A stretch of DNA of 64,000 nt, taken from assembly GCA_964501365.1 (NCBI GenBank), contig CAZCST010000009.1:45977-109976 (forward strand), read 5' to 3'. Under the pieces are notes generated by a model that searched no databases, was not told the DNA's origin, and saw only the letters and a list, made by a program, of their open reading frames with translations. Source of the stretch: an uncultured Phycisphaera sp. (GTDB taxonomy: Bacteria; Planctomycetota; Phycisphaerae; UBA1845). Made by a program: the position numbers and the translations under genes. This document shows positions 1 to 9,905 of this stretch, piece after piece (within the stretch, counting starts at the first letter, position 1; the number at the start of each line of letters is the position of its first letter).

Positions 1-1247
1 TCAACTTCCTGTTCACGCTGCGGTTCGCTGCGAAGCTTGTCTGCCGAAAGCCGGATGGCTTCATTCCAATGTTTGGTCCGTACGAGCAGGTCGAGTTGCG
101 TCTGCCGGATCGCTGCGTTATCCGGATTTCGGGAAAGAAATTCCGCGAGCATGGCGGAGGCCTCGTCGATGCGATTGATCTCGATGAGCGCCTGGGCAAG
201 ACGGTTCGCAATTTTGGCCGAATCGGGATTGGTCCTGGCCCGGGATCGCAAGTCCTCGATCATCAGATCGGTCTGTCCGGCCTTCTTGCGAATATCCATC
301 AACAAATCGAGCATTGGCTCGTCGTCAGACTGGATGGCGGCGATCGCAGCGGCGGCCTGCTCCGGATGGTTGGCCGCCAGAAGAAGTTTCGCGTAACGAA
401 CCTGAAGTTCCGCGTCGGCCGGCGACTTTTCCACGATGGGCCGCAGCACAACGGCCGCCTCGTCGAAGCGCCCAAGCTTTTCGAGAATATCCGCCTTTGA
501 CTGCTCCATCGATCCGCGGCGCGTCATCAAGAGCGAAGCCAGTTCGCTGCGCGCCGGCGGAGTCGCCTTCGCCGACACGCGTCCGAAGGTTTCATATTGC
601 TCGATTGCGGCGCTGAGATACCCCTCTGCGGCAAGCATTTCCGCAAGATGAAAGTGAACCAGGGCTGCGATCTCGGGGTCGGCGGCGAACTCCGGGCACA
701 CCGTCGCCGTTCGCAGTTCCTTTATCGCTCCCGGACGATCGCCAGCAGCGGCCAGACAGCGCCCAAGAATGTAATGACCGATGACCGACTGTGGATTTCC
801 ATCGATGGCCAGACCGGCGCTGGTCTTGGCGCGTTCAAGATTGCCCGCCTGCCAGTGAAGCATGGCGAGACTGGCATGAATTTCGGGATGGCCCGGGGCA
901 TAACGAAGCGCCCGTTCGAGTTCCAGAGACGCCTCCGTAAATCGTTGCTCGGCGATCAACTTGCGCGAGGCCGCGATTGGTTCGACAGCCCGATCGGGTA
1001 ATGGAGCAAGATCGCCATTGTTTTTTGGCTTTTCAATTTGCGGGGGAACATCAGCAAACTTGAGGAATGCACGGGAGCGGTCCAACTCAGCGGGAACTGT
1101 TGCTCCGCCACCGGCCTTCGACGGCGCATCCGCTTTCGCAGGCGGGGAGGCCGCACAGCTCAGCGCCGAAACCGACAAGCAAAACAATGCCAGGCCAATT
1201 TGCCCCATCCAGGAAGACGAATAGCGAGCGTTTGCATTTTGATTCAC
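1..1247 (-). CDS. TPR-repeat protein, probable lipoprotein; runs off the left edge (partial)
   Basis: Manual translation from GTG 1247 (or ATG 1208): MGQIGLALFCLSVSALSC (lipobox-like), then helical TPR-like units (EASLELERALRYAPGHPEIHASLAMLHWQAGNLERA; IGHYILGRCLAAAGD). I translated to ~590 and confirmed the same frame at the window edge; the track lists no minus-strand ORF for it because no stop lies inside the window. Confidence 0.75.
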   Translation of the reverse strand, partial: MNQNANARYSSSWMGQIGLALFCLSVSALSCAASPPAKADAPSKAGGGATVPAELDRSRAFLKFADVPPQIEKPKNNGDLAPLPDRAVEPIAASRKLIAEQRFTEASLELERALRYAPGHPEIHASLAMLHWQAGNLERAKTSAGLAIDGNPQSVIGHYILGRCLAAAGDRPGAIKELRTATVCPEFAADPEIAALVHFHLAEMLAAEGYLSAAIEQYETFGRVSAKATPPARSELASLLMTRRGSMEQSKADILEKLGRFDEAAVVLRPIVEKSPADAELQVRYAKLLLAANHPEQAAAAIAAIQSDDEPMLDLLMDIRKKAGQTDLMIEDLRSRARTNPDSAKIANRLAQALIEINRIDEASAMLAEFLSRNPDNAAIRQTQLDLLVRTKHWNEAIRLSADKLRSEPQREQEV

Positions 1248-1262
1248 GGATCACCCCCAATC

Positions 1263-1925
1263 TTACTTGGTTGCTGCACGTTTTTTGGATTTTGCGGGGG
1301 CCGATTTCTTGGCGGTGGAAGCCTTCGCAGAACCCAGCGAACCGACCATCAGGCTGAAAGCCTTTCCGTCCGCCGCCGGAATATTGCGCTCAAGGAACGC
1401 CTGGACTTCGGCGCGAGTCGCCGTGGGATGCACCAGATCGGCCCCTCGCAGTGTGCCAAGAACTTGATTCCACACAGGAATCGCGTGCCCTCCGAGACTC
1501 CACAGTACAACGTAGGCAACCGCATATTCATCCATGCCCTTAAGCGTTTCAAGGTATTGCCGGGCCTCGCGCCGACCCAATGATTTGAGCCGTTCCAGGG
1601 AAACACTGTTCTCGCGATCGTAGATGGCATTCAAGGCGTCGAGCAGATTCTGGCTGCGGCGCAGCGATTCGGCGCCGGTGTCTCCCAGCAATTCAGCGAC
1701 CTCGTGAACGTTGGACACACGAATCTCGTTCCAATCGACCACGACGCTCTTGGCCTTGTTGACCTGTCGCTGCGCGCGCTCTGGGCCGTTGTCGCTGCCC
1801 AGGATACCCAGCGCCAGGCAATCAATCGGGTCACCCGGTTCGGGAATTTCTGCCGCGCTTATGCTGTGCTTCACCTTTGCGTATGCTTTCTTCAGGCGGT
1901 CGGCGTGCCGCGTACCGTCTTTCAT
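1263..1925 (-). CDS. HhH-GPD/endonuclease III-fold protein, catalytic residues apparently lost, with K/A-rich tail
   Basis: VDWNEIRVS...L motif and LETLKGMDEYAVAYVVLWSLGGHAIPV resemble the HhH-GPD hairpin region; ATGA overlap with rbfA stop. Confidence 0.6.
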   Translation of the reverse strand: MKDGTRHADRLKKAYAKVKHSISAAEIPEPGDPIDCLALGILGSDNGPERAQRQVNKAKSVVVDWNEIRVSNVHEVAELLGDTGAESLRRSQNLLDALNAIYDRENSVSLERLKSLGRREARQYLETLKGMDEYAVAYVVLWSLGGHAIPVWNQVLGTLRGADLVHPTATRAEVQAFLERNIPAADGKAFSLMVGSLGSAKASTAKKSAPAKSKKRAATK

Positions 1926-2371
1926 GCCACTCCCTCCGCGTCCCCGTCGCCGCCCTCTTCATTGCTCATATTTAAGCCACCGTCGGATTGCTCCGATGGC
2001 TTCCCCTGTGATTCGTACAAATGGGGCTCCCGCAGACGATTCTCGTCCAGCAACGCCATTGTCTCCCGCACCTTCCGGGCGACCTCGTCCAACTCGAATC
2101 GAAGCTCCGGACACTGCCTCATTTCGACCTGCTCGGCCACGAGATGTTGAACGAAGCCGCGCGCATGCTGAAGCGCCGCCAGCGACCTCCGCTCCACGGA
2201 CGCATCGCCAACCACGGTGAAAAAAACCGTGGCGATGGACAAGTCGCCGCTGACGGTCACCCGGCTCACCGTGGTCAGCGGGGCCAGGCGCGGGTCGTTG
2301 ATTTTTCGGGCGATGGCCTCGCTTACAATCATCTTGATCGCCTCGGCCAGCCGCTCCTTTCGAAACCTCAT
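1922..2371 (-). CDS. rbfA: ribosome-binding factor A
   Basis: MRFRKERLAEAIKMIVSEAI..DPRL..TVSRVTVSGDLSIATVF..RQCPELRFELD; position downstream of infB; start taken at ATG 2371. Confidence 0.95.
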   Translation of the reverse strand: MRFRKERLAEAIKMIVSEAIARKINDPRLAPLTTVSRVTVSGDLSIATVFFTVVGDASVERRSLAALQHARGFVQHLVAEQVEMRQCPELRFELDEVARKVRETMALLDENRLREPHLYESQGKPSEQSDGGLNMSNEEGGDGDAEGVA

Positions 2372-2403
2372 CGTTGCACCCCGCAATGCCGGCCAATCTG
2401 CCG

Positions 2404-2685
2404 TCAAAACGTCTCGCACTCGTAATCCAGCAGGGACAGCCCTATCGAACTTCTCAGGGCGTCCACAATCTGATCCAGCACGGACTGAATCCCACGGGCA
2501 CTATTTCCCACCACGGCGAACCCCAGCTTGCATCGCTTGGGTGAATCGCCGTAACCCACTTCGTTTACCGACACGTTGAACTTGTTCTTGATCCGCTCCT
2601 TCGCACTGAGCACCACCTGCCGCTTGTCCTTCAGCGTACGGGCATCATAGATCGCCAGGTCCGCCGTCATCACACCCACGATCAC
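2404..2685 (-). CDS. DUF503 (YlxP-like) protein
   Basis: MIVGVM..LAI..TLKDKRQVV.S.KERIKNKFNVSVNEV signature; usual position between infB and rbfA. Confidence 0.9.
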   Translation of the reverse strand: MIVGVMTADLAIYDARTLKDKRQVVLSAKERIKNKFNVSVNEVGYGDSPKRCKLGFAVVGNSARGIQSVLDQIVDALRSSIGLSLLDYECETF

Positions 2686-3839
2686 GATCCACCCTCGCGG
2701 ATCACCTTCGTCGTAAAGGATCCGTCACAAATATCAATCTTGAAAACCCGGATTTTTCCATCTTTCGTGGCGTAGGGAATCGCTCCGATTCGAGATAATG
2801 AATCCATGATCGTTTGCCTGTCCGCCGTGGGCACATCGTGGAAATTCAGTTCGTTCCACACCAGTTTTTCGTCAAATCCATAACGTTTCGCAGTCGGAAT
2901 GTACCCATGCAATAGCGGCTCCACGGAAAATGACCTGTCGCCGCCCTTGCCCAGACGAGGCAAAAATAACGCCCGCACGCCAGTCGAACGGCCCGCCTGC
3001 ACGCGCACACCACGATACTGCCGTACAAAGTAGGTCTGTTCGCCATCGTCCGCCACGAAGGTATTGTTTGCCTCGTCGGGGAGGAAGTAGTCTTCCTGCA
3101 ACTGTCTACGCTGCGCATCCGAGGCCGAAAGCACTTTCTTACGAAAAAGCACGTAATCCTCATACCCCGGCAGTGCCTGGTCGTTCAGACCAAGATCCGT
3201 CCAGGGAAGAGCAACCTCCACGACGTAATTCCCGTCAGGCATGCGAGGAAACGCGCCGTCGGTACGAATGGAGTTCACTCCCTGAACCAGAAAAATACGC
3301 CCGGACTTTGGCGCCTTGGATTCTTCTATGGCAAAGGCCCGTGCTCCGGTGGGAACCGACGCCACATAAAGTCCCGCGAGCGTACGATTGCTGAGGAGTC
3401 CCCGATCGGATTCCCGTGCAGGCTTGTTGGGCTCGGATTTCGGTTCTCCGGGCGTCGTATCGGTCACACCGCCACCCGCCATGCGGCGCGCCAGCTCTTC
3501 TTCGGACCGGAACATGGGAAGCACGAACTTTTGAGCCACGACCACAATAATGCTGACCAGCAAGGCGAAATAACAGAGTCGGATCACAATCCCAAATGGA
3601 TTGCCATCTTCGCCGGGCTTGGTTTGTCGTTTAGGAATCTTGAGCTTCTTGCGCCATTTGCGCGGGCGCGACTCCTCCGGGCCCTGTGCCGGAACCTCAT
3701 TGAATAGGAAATCGAGGTTGCCGGCCGCGGGATCGGGGACAGCAACCGTCTTCCCGCAGTACGAGCATCGCACCGCCCCGCCCGCGTCTTCGTCACGGGC
3801 ACGAACTGTGTGACCACAATTCGCTTTGAATTCAATCAT
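2682..3839 (-). CDS. hypothetical bitopic membrane protein with N-terminal Zn-ribbon
   Basis: NCGH...CSYCG motif at N-terminus, basic stretch, one TM segment (GIVIRLCYFALLVSIIVVVA), large soluble C-domain; stop overlaps DUF503 GTG. Confidence 0.75.
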   Translation of the reverse strand: MIEFKANCGHTVRARDEDAGGAVRCSYCGKTVAVPDPAAGNLDFLFNEVPAQGPEESRPRKWRKKLKIPKRQTKPGEDGNPFGIVIRLCYFALLVSIIVVVAQKFVLPMFRSEEELARRMAGGGVTDTTPGEPKSEPNKPARESDRGLLSNRTLAGLYVASVPTGARAFAIEESKAPKSGRIFLVQGVNSIRTDGAFPRMPDGNYVVEVALPWTDLGLNDQALPGYEDYVLFRKKVLSASDAQRRQLQEDYFLPDEANNTFVADDGEQTYFVRQYRGVRVQAGRSTGVRALFLPRLGKGGDRSFSVEPLLHGYIPTAKRYGFDEKLVWNELNFHDVPTADRQTIMDSLSRIGAIPYATKDGKIRVFKIDICDGSFTTKVIREGGS

Positions 3840-3850
3840 GGAACATCAGA

Positions 3851-3964
3851 GGAAAGGGTATAGGGTAATAGGGGATAGAGTCAGGAGTTCCGGGACCGAC
3901 GTGTCTTCGTGCGTATGTTGCAGCGCAGACACTTGGCCCCTATTTCCTGTACCCTAAACCCTGT
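3851..3964. repeat. heptamer-repeat palindrome filling the infB to Zn-ribbon-gene spacer
   Basis: left arm AGGGT(A/T)-type units at 7-8 nt period (3851-3886), right arm cccctat-ttcctgt-accctaa-accctgt (3937-3964), inner stem gtgtc/gacac. Confidence 0.7.
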
Positions 3965-6688
3965 CTACAACGACCGCGCGATCTTGATAACCTCATAACT
4001 TTCGATCACGTCTCCCGTATGCACGTCGTCAAACCCTTCAAGCCGGATACCGCACTCCATGCCCGAACGAACTTCCCGCACGTCATCCTTGATATGTCGC
4101 AACGATGCGATCCTGGCTCCTTCGCGCACGACCCGTCCATCGCGAATGACCTTGACGAGGTGACCGCGTTCCAATGGTCCTGCCGTAACCAGACAGCCCG
4201 CGACTGCACCAACCTTGCTGATGCGGAAGACCTGCCGCACCTGAGCAACGGCCCGCGACTCGATCCGTTCCTCGGGCGTAAGCATGCCCGATAGTGCCTT
4301 GCGAACGTCATCCACCACGTCATAAATCACGCGGTAGGGGCGAACGTCCACGCCGTGTTTTTCGGCCATGCGTCGCGCCCCGGCGGAAATGTCCACGCGA
4401 AATGCGACGATGATGCCTTCGCAAGCCGCCGCCAGAAGGATATCGCTGTCATTCACTGCGCCCACCGCCGAATGGCGAATGGTCAGTACGACTTCGTCAG
4501 AGGGCATTTCGCCCAAAGACTGGCGAAGTGCCGCAAGGCTGCCATCTACGTCGGCCTTGAGAATGACATTGAGCTCGGGCAAATCCTCTGTGCCCTTGCG
4601 CTTGAACATTTCTTCCAGAGTCTTGAGCTTGCGGGTGGAAAGTCGGCCCGTTTCGGTGCGGAGCCGTTTGGTGTCGGAAGAAATCGTCTTGGCCCGCTGC
4701 ATGTTCTCAACGCAGTACAGCGTGTCGCCTGCGATCGGCACATCGTCGAGACCCCATACTTCGACTGGTATTCCGGGCGGCGCGGCATCAACGCGATGCC
4801 CGCGGTCATCAACCAATGCACGAATCTTTCCAAAGGCATTGCCGCAAACCACGAAGTCACCCACCCGCAGCGTGCCTTCCTGAACGAGCAATCGCACGAT
4901 CGGGCCTACGCCAGGTCGCATCGCCGCCTCCACCACGGTTCCCATGCCTGGAAGCGTCGGATCGGCCTTAAATTCCATAAGGCTGTTGAGGTCGGCCAGA
5001 TGTTCGACGAGTTCCTGAATTCCCTGCCCGGTGGTCGTCGAAGTAGGAATCACGTCTACTTCGCCGCCCCACTCGCTGGGATTGAGACCCTGCTCGGCAA
5101 GTTGTCCGTAGATTCGAAGTTTGTTTTGATCGCCCAGGTCGATCTTGTTAAGTGCGACGACGATGGGCACCTTGGCCGCCTGTGCGTGGCGGATGGCTTC
5201 GACCGTCTGGGGCATGACCCCGTCATCCGCCGCAACCACCAGCACGACGACGTCGGTCATTTGCGCTCCGCGAGCGCGCATAGCCGCAAACGCCTCGTGA
5301 CCGGGCGTATCCAAAAAGGTCACAGGACCGCGCGGCGTATCAATATGATACGAGCCGATGTGCTGCGTGATTCCGCCGTCTTCGGCGTCGGCCACACTTG
5401 TCTTGCGAATGGCGTCAAGAAGACTCGTCTTGCCATGGTCAACGTGGCCGAGCATGGCCACCACGGGAGGCCGCAATACCAACTGCGTCCGCTCTCGCTT
5501 GGCGAATTCCTCCTTCAGTTCGTCGAGCGAGGTGCGAGCCGGAACAACCTCCAACTCGATGCCGAAGTGCAACGCGAGCAACTGGGCAAGCTCCGGGGGG
5601 ACGACCATGTTGACGTTGGCCATCATCCCGTGTTCGTCGCGCATGACTTTGAATAATTGGATGAAATTCAGCCCCGTGGCCGAGCAAAGCTCCTTGATCC
5701 GGATCGGCTCGTGAACGGTCGCTTTGGTCTTGGCAGGAGCCTGCTGCGCCGGCTGAGTCGATCCCGGACCCGATGCCTTTCGGCGATGGATTCGGCGGCC
5801 TGTCGCGCCTTCGACGCGCTCGCGGCGTTCGATCAAATCACGGTCGCGCCATTCAGAAAGTTTTTCGCCGCTTTCGGCCGCGCGACCCGCAGACCGCCGC
5901 GTATCAAACCGACCCTTGCGTCGAGCCGAGTCCTTGTCGTCGCTCTTTCCCGGCAACGGGGGAGGACCAGGAGGCATTTCACCCACACGCCCCATGGGCG
6001 CTGCACGCCTGCGCGGAGCGGCGTCGTAATCCGGCGCAGAATACCGAACCACACGCGGACCCGTGAGTTTTGCCGCCGCGGGAACGTTTTGTGGTCCGGC
6101 GGGAACCACGGGCTTCTTCGGCGCCGGCGGTTCCTTCGTTGTTTCCACGACTGACGGTTTGCCAGGCGCCGCCGGCTGGTCTTTTCGTGCGACCGGAACG
6201 GGCGCAGAGACCGGACCGGCAGGTTCACTCACTACACGAGGTGGACTCTTCTCTGTAATCAATTTTTCCACGACGGGAGCGGGTGGCGGAGGAGCAACTT
6301 CCGGTACGACTTCGGCAACGGACGCCGTGGACTCCGGAATCGCGTCCTGATCGTGGACTTCGTCTTGCGAATGGGGAGTTTCGTCGAGAACTTCCGTCGC
6401 CACGCCGCCTTCATCATGTCCGGAATCGGAACTCCCGGCGTCGGCTGCCTGGCCGCGCTTCTTGCCAATGCGCACTTTGGCCAGATCAATGGGGTCGGCA
6501 GTCTCCAGCGTGTTCGTGTGCTGCCCCTCGCTGAACCACTCTCGAATCGTGGCGTGCAGACCGGCACTGAGCGTTGACATGTGGTTCTTCACAGCGTCAA
6601 TGCCTTCGGCCTTGCACTTATCGATGATCGTCTTGCTCGAGACGTTGAGTTCTTTCGCGAGGATGTGAACTCGCATTTTGTCTGCCAA
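3965..6688 (-). CDS. infB: translation initiation factor IF-2
   Basis: [32 protein letters not shown] GTPase motifs; N-terminal RVHILAKEL; start TTG 6688 chosen from AGGAGA spacing. Confidence 0.98.
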   Translation of the reverse strand: MADKMRVHILAKELNVSSKTIIDKCKAEGIDAVKNHMSTLSAGLHATIREWFSEGQHTNTLETADPIDLAKVRIGKKRGQAADAGSSDSGHDEGGVATEVLDETPHSQDEVHDQDAIPESTASVAEVVPEVAPPPPAPVVEKLITEKSPPRVVSEPAGPVSAPVPVARKDQPAAPGKPSVVETTKEPPAPKKPVVPAGPQNVPAAAKLTGPRVVRYSAPDYDAAPRRRAAPMGRVGEMPPGPPPLPGKSDDKDSARRKGRFDTRRSAGRAAESGEKLSEWRDRDLIERRERVEGATGRRIHRRKASGPGSTQPAQQAPAKTKATVHEPIRIKELCSATGLNFIQLFKVMRDEHGMMANVNMVVPPELAQLLALHFGIELEVVPARTSLDELKEEFAKRERTQLVLRPPVVAMLGHVDHGKTSLLDAIRKTSVADAEDGGITQHIGSYHIDTPRGPVTFLDTPGHEAFAAMRARGAQMTDVVVLVVAADDGVMPQTVEAIRHAQAAKVPIVVALNKIDLGDQNKLRIYGQLAEQGLNPSEWGGEVDVIPTSTTTGQGIQELVEHLADLNSLMEFKADPTLPGMGTVVEAAMRPGVGPIVRLLVQEGTLRVGDFVVCGNAFGKIRALVDDRGHRVDAAPPGIPVEVWGLDDVPIAGDTLYCVENMQRAKTISSDTKRLRTETGRLSTRKLKTLEEMFKRKGTEDLPELNVILKADVDGSLAALRQSLGEMPSDEVVLTIRHSAVGAVNDSDILLAAACEGIIVAFRVDISAGARRMAEKHGVDVRPYRVIYDVVDDVRKALSGMLTPEERIESRAVAQVRQVFRISKVGAVAGCLVTAGPLERGHLVKVIRDGRVVREGARIASLRHIKDDVREVRSGMECGIRLEGFDDVHTGDVIESYEVIKIARSL

Positions 6689-6708
6689 CAGCACTCTCCT
6701 GCAAACCG

Positions 6709-6755
6709 CTCTCCCTTTCAGGGAGAGGTTGAGGGTGAGGATATGGACTCACCCT
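6709..6755. repeat. CTCTCCC/GGGAGAG palindromic element between nusA and infB
   Basis: ctctccc-tttca-gggagag followed by gagggtgagg and a second hairpin agggtgag/ctcaccct. Confidence 0.75.
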
Positions 6756-6761
6756 GATCCT

Positions 6762-8150
6762 CTACGGCAACGGCTCCTCGACGAGGCTCGCCTTGGTCGC
6801 TTCGCCCTGTTCGGCTGTTTCCGTCTTGCGAGCCGCACGCCACTCGGCAGCCAGCCCCGCAATCATCTTCGCTTCCCGTTTGACTCGATCGGCTTCTGTC
6901 ATTCCTGTCGGCTGACCATCAGCATCCACGGCCTGCCCCTCGGCCGCCGCCTTCGCCGCTTCGGCCGCCGCAGCCTTTGCTGCCGCCTTGGCCGCCTCTG
7001 CCTCGGCGGCAAGTCGCGGCGCCGCTTCTGTAGCCACTTCTACAATTTTTGCCGCCAGCACATCCGTCAGACCCAGTTCCGTGACCAGAGTCTCTGTCCC
7101 GACATCCGGCAAATCGCCAAGCGAAACAATTCCGATCGCCAGCAGCTTGTCGAGAAGTACGTCTTCAACGCCCTCGATCTGCTTGAGGACCTTCTCCATG
7201 TCGTCGATGTTCTTGTCGTATTCAGCGGGCGTCAGAATATCGATATCCCAGCCGGTCAGCCGGGCGGCCAGACGCACGTTTTGTCCGCGCTTCCCAATGG
7301 CCAGCGAAAGCTGATCCTCAGCGACGATCACAGTCGCCCGTCCCAGCTCAAAACACAGAAAGGTCTCTTTCACTTCTGCAGGTTTGAGCGCATTGGAAAT
7401 CAAGACCTGCGATGATTCATTCCATCGAACGATGTCGATTTTCTCGCCGCCAAGCTCATCGACGATATTGCGAATGCGACTGCCGCGAACTCCCACGCAT
7501 GCACCCACGGCATCCACTTTGGAGTCGATCGAGGAAACCGCAATCTTCGTGCGATACCCTGCTTCGCGAGCCAGTGCCCGCACCTCGATGATTCGTTCCG
7601 AAACTTCGGGCACTTCCAATTCGAACAGTCGCCGGATGTAATCGGGATGAGTCTGCGTCAGCACAATGCGAACCTGGCTCTGCTCTTCACGAACGTCCAG
7701 AATCATTCCTCGCACCCGTTCGCCAGCCTGGTGGGCCTGACCCGGTATTTGCTCGCTGCGCGGCAGAAAGGCCTCCGTACGGCCAAGATTGACCACCATG
7801 CCGCCGCCCTCAAACCGCGTAACCGTTCCCGTCAAAACCTGGCCGACTCGCTCGGAAAATTCCTCGAAAATGGCATTTCGCTCATCTTCGCGGATCTTTT
7901 GAATCATAACCTGTTTGGCAGTCTGGGCGGCGATACGGCCCAAGGACTTCATATCGATCGGGCTGCCTTGCACCATCGCCGTTACATCGCCCGTCAAACG
8001 ATCAATCGCCACCTGAACGTCTTCGACTTCGTCGTAGGCCTTGCGCGCAGCGGATACCATCGCGGCTTCCAAGTCCTGAAAGACGCTTTCCTTCTCAATG
8101 TTCTTGTCTCGACTGATCGAGTCGATAAATCGGATCAGGTCGGTATTCAT
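6762..8150 (-). CDS. nusA: transcription termination/antitermination factor NusA
   Basis: S1 domain, AREAGYRTKIAV, DAVGACVGVRGSRI, AIGKRGQNVRLAARLTGW KH motifs; true start MNTDL at 8150. Confidence 0.98.
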   Translation of the reverse strand: MNTDLIRFIDSISRDKNIEKESVFQDLEAAMVSAARKAYDEVEDVQVAIDRLTGDVTAMVQGSPIDMKSLGRIAAQTAKQVMIQKIREDERNAIFEEFSERVGQVLTGTVTRFEGGGMVVNLGRTEAFLPRSEQIPGQAHQAGERVRGMILDVREEQSQVRIVLTQTHPDYIRRLFELEVPEVSERIIEVRALAREAGYRTKIAVSSIDSKVDAVGACVGVRGSRIRNIVDELGGEKIDIVRWNESSQVLISNALKPAEVKETFLCFELGRATVIVAEDQLSLAIGKRGQNVRLAARLTGWDIDILTPAEYDKNIDDMEKVLKQIEGVEDVLLDKLLAIGIVSLGDLPDVGTETLVTELGLTDVLAAKIVEVATEAAPRLAAEAEAAKAAAKAAAAEAAKAAAEGQAVDADGQPTGMTEADRVKREAKMIAGLAAEWRAARKTETAEQGEATKASLVEEPLP

Positions 8151-8171
8151 AGCTTCGAGACCATTCCTTAA

Positions 8172-8207
8172 CCCCCTCTCCCCTTGGGAGAGGGATGGGG
8201 TGAGGGC
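8172..8207. repeat. CTCTCCC/GGGAGAG palindromic element upstream of nusA
   Basis: ccctctccc-ctt-gggagaggg-atggggtgagggc. Confidence 0.8.
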
Positions 8208-8242
8208 CAAACCTTCGGCCACGTGAACGCTCACCGGCATCC

Positions 8243-8276
8243 AAAAAAAAACGTGGGCGCAATTTGCGATCCCACG
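8243..8276 (-). terminator. intrinsic terminator (attenuator) in nusA leader
   Basis: minus strand cgtggg-at-cgca-aat-tgcg-cccacg followed by T9. Confidence 0.65.
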
Positions 8277-8511
8277 CGGAAAACCGGCTCTGCCAGCTTT
8301 TACGGGCTGCGATTAGAGCATCAGATTGCTCCACTTAGCGCAGCCGGACCGCCCAGTACGGCGGCACCGCAAGGTCATCACCCGATCACTTCGCACGGGA
8401 ATAACCACCACGTGAGATATTGGCGAATCTCGCCATCGGCCACTCTCGACAAAAACCACCCAGACGGCACCTGCTTCCGCGAACACCGGCAGGAAGCTGC
8501 CGCGAAACACG

Positions 8512-8539
8512 ATTATAGGTACAATGATTACGCTGTCAA
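8512..8539 (-). promoter_or_regulatory. sigma70-type promoter of nusA-infB operon
   Basis: perfect TTGACA (8539-8534) - 16 nt - TATAAT (8517-8512) on minus strand. Confidence 0.8.
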
Positions 8540-8621
8540 CGAAACGTATCGGCAATGAGCTGCAATGTTTACCAACAATTTGGGGGGGATGCTCGAAAGC
8601 CCCTGAGACAGTAGGACTTTA

Positions 8622-9905
8622 ATGCAAATGATTCTCAACATGATCGTGATCGCTTCCGTAGCCCAGCCTGTGGATACGGCTTCCCCATCACTGAAAACGC
8701 AGTTAGAGAGTTATTTCCAATCCGCAAAGGATACCGATCGGACCAAGATTGGTGACTCGATCGTCAAGGGGCATCGGGTCGAGGAGATCGCGGCAGAGCT
8801 TCCCAGCATCAAACTATGGCCGAAGGCTCAAACTCCGGCATTACCTTGGCAGATCACTTTGCCCTCAGGAAGAACTGTGTCGCCGATGGTCAGGGTTCCA
8901 GCTGACTACGATGCTTCCAAGGCCATCCCGTTGATCCTCTCTTTCCCTCCAAAAAGTCAGTCAGAGGACAACATCATCGGGAATCTGATGGCCGAGCCTA
9001 AAATTCAACAGATTTGGGTTGCGATTGACAAGCCTGTCGGCGGATCCTTTCACCAATCCGTTGCGGCCTCGGCGGACCTGCCCGCGCTATTGCGCGAAGT
9101 TCGTCGCAGAATCCATACGGATATCGATCGAACCTACATCATCGGCGAGCAGGCCGGCGCGGATGCGGCGTGGATCGCAGCAATCATGTACCCAAATTCC
9201 TTTGCCGGAATTATCGCGTTCGCTGGCTTCCCACGTGTCCCCTACGCCGAGCAAACCTATCCGTTTCTTCTGCAGAACCTTCGCGGGACTCCGTTTCTAG
9301 CCGCATGGACCGAAGAGCCAAAGGGTATGCCTCCGAACAAAGTGCAGGCCGCGAATGAGGCAATTGCTCACTTCGCCATTGCAGCCGATCTGCCATTTGC
9401 CACCGCTACTCTTGCACCAAGAGATGGCGGCGTAAAGCCGTACCCGGGGCGCATCATCGCGGCAACCATTTCCAAGCCACGCGAGCCACAGTCGCGCGTG
9501 GAATTGTGGTTTCGCTATCTGCCGCAGGGCAACGCGGGATGGCTTCGGGCAACCGAGCTGGCCGGCGAGGTTTGGGATGAAGAGCAGATTTCCATAGAGT
9601 CCACTGCCGTAGCAGATCGAGATGAATTCATTGCCGAGACCATCAAGCAGAAGCTGTTCTATATCAGCGGCCACATCGATGGCCAGACCATCACGGTGGA
9701 GACGAAACGAGTTGGCGGCGTTGAACTGCGACTATCGCCGGCACAGGTCGATTTTTCGCATCCCGTCACCATCGTCATCAATGGCCGGAAACGCGAAATC
9801 ACCTTAGAGCCTTCCACCAAGGACATGCTTGAATCGGCTTACGAAGATTGGGATTTTCAACATCCCGTCTACATGCACAAGACGTTTACGATCAACGCCA
9901 AGTGA
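8622..9905 (+). CDS. exported alpha/beta-hydrolase-fold protein, nucleophile motif degenerate
   Basis: N-terminal signal-like segment; VPADYDASKAIPLIL..DIDRTYIIGEQAGADAAW..YPNSFAGIIAFAG matches esterase/peptidase-fold pattern but GxSxG reads GEQAG. Confidence 0.65.
   Translation: MQMILNMIVIASVAQPVDTASPSLKTQLESYFQSAKDTDRTKIGDSIVKGHRVEEIAAELPSIKLWPKAQTPALPWQITLPSGRTVSPMVRVPADYDASKAIPLILSFPPKSQSEDNIIGNLMAEPKIQQIWVAIDKPVGGSFHQSVAASADLPALLREVRRRIHTDIDRTYIIGEQAGADAAWIAAIMYPNSFAGIIAFAGFPRVPYAEQTYPFLLQNLRGTPFLAAWTEEPKGMPPNKVQAANEAIAHFAIAADLPFATATLAPRDGGVKPYPGRIIAATISKPREPQSRVELWFRYLPQGNAGWLRATELAGEVWDEEQISIESTAVADRDEFIAETIKQKLFYISGHIDGQTITVETKRVGGVELRLSPAQVDFSHPVTIVINGRKREITLEPSTKDMLESAYEDWDFQHPVYMHKTFTINAK

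Noticed and set aside
1-1001. Plus-strand ORFs 37-396, 69-500 and 597-1001 as genes
   Set aside because: They are antisense to the minus-strand TPR protein that continues off the window edge.
4355-5656. Long antisense ORFs (also 16554-17267, 28468-29346, 30825-31805, 48730-49776, 58320-59249, 60930-62456)
   Set aside because: They lie opposite well-supported genes and lack motifs; this is the expected shadow of high-GC3 codon bias.
8313-8555. 80-aa ORF upstream of nusA as rimP
   Set aside because: It has no RimP motifs, and it starts upstream of the consensus promoter.
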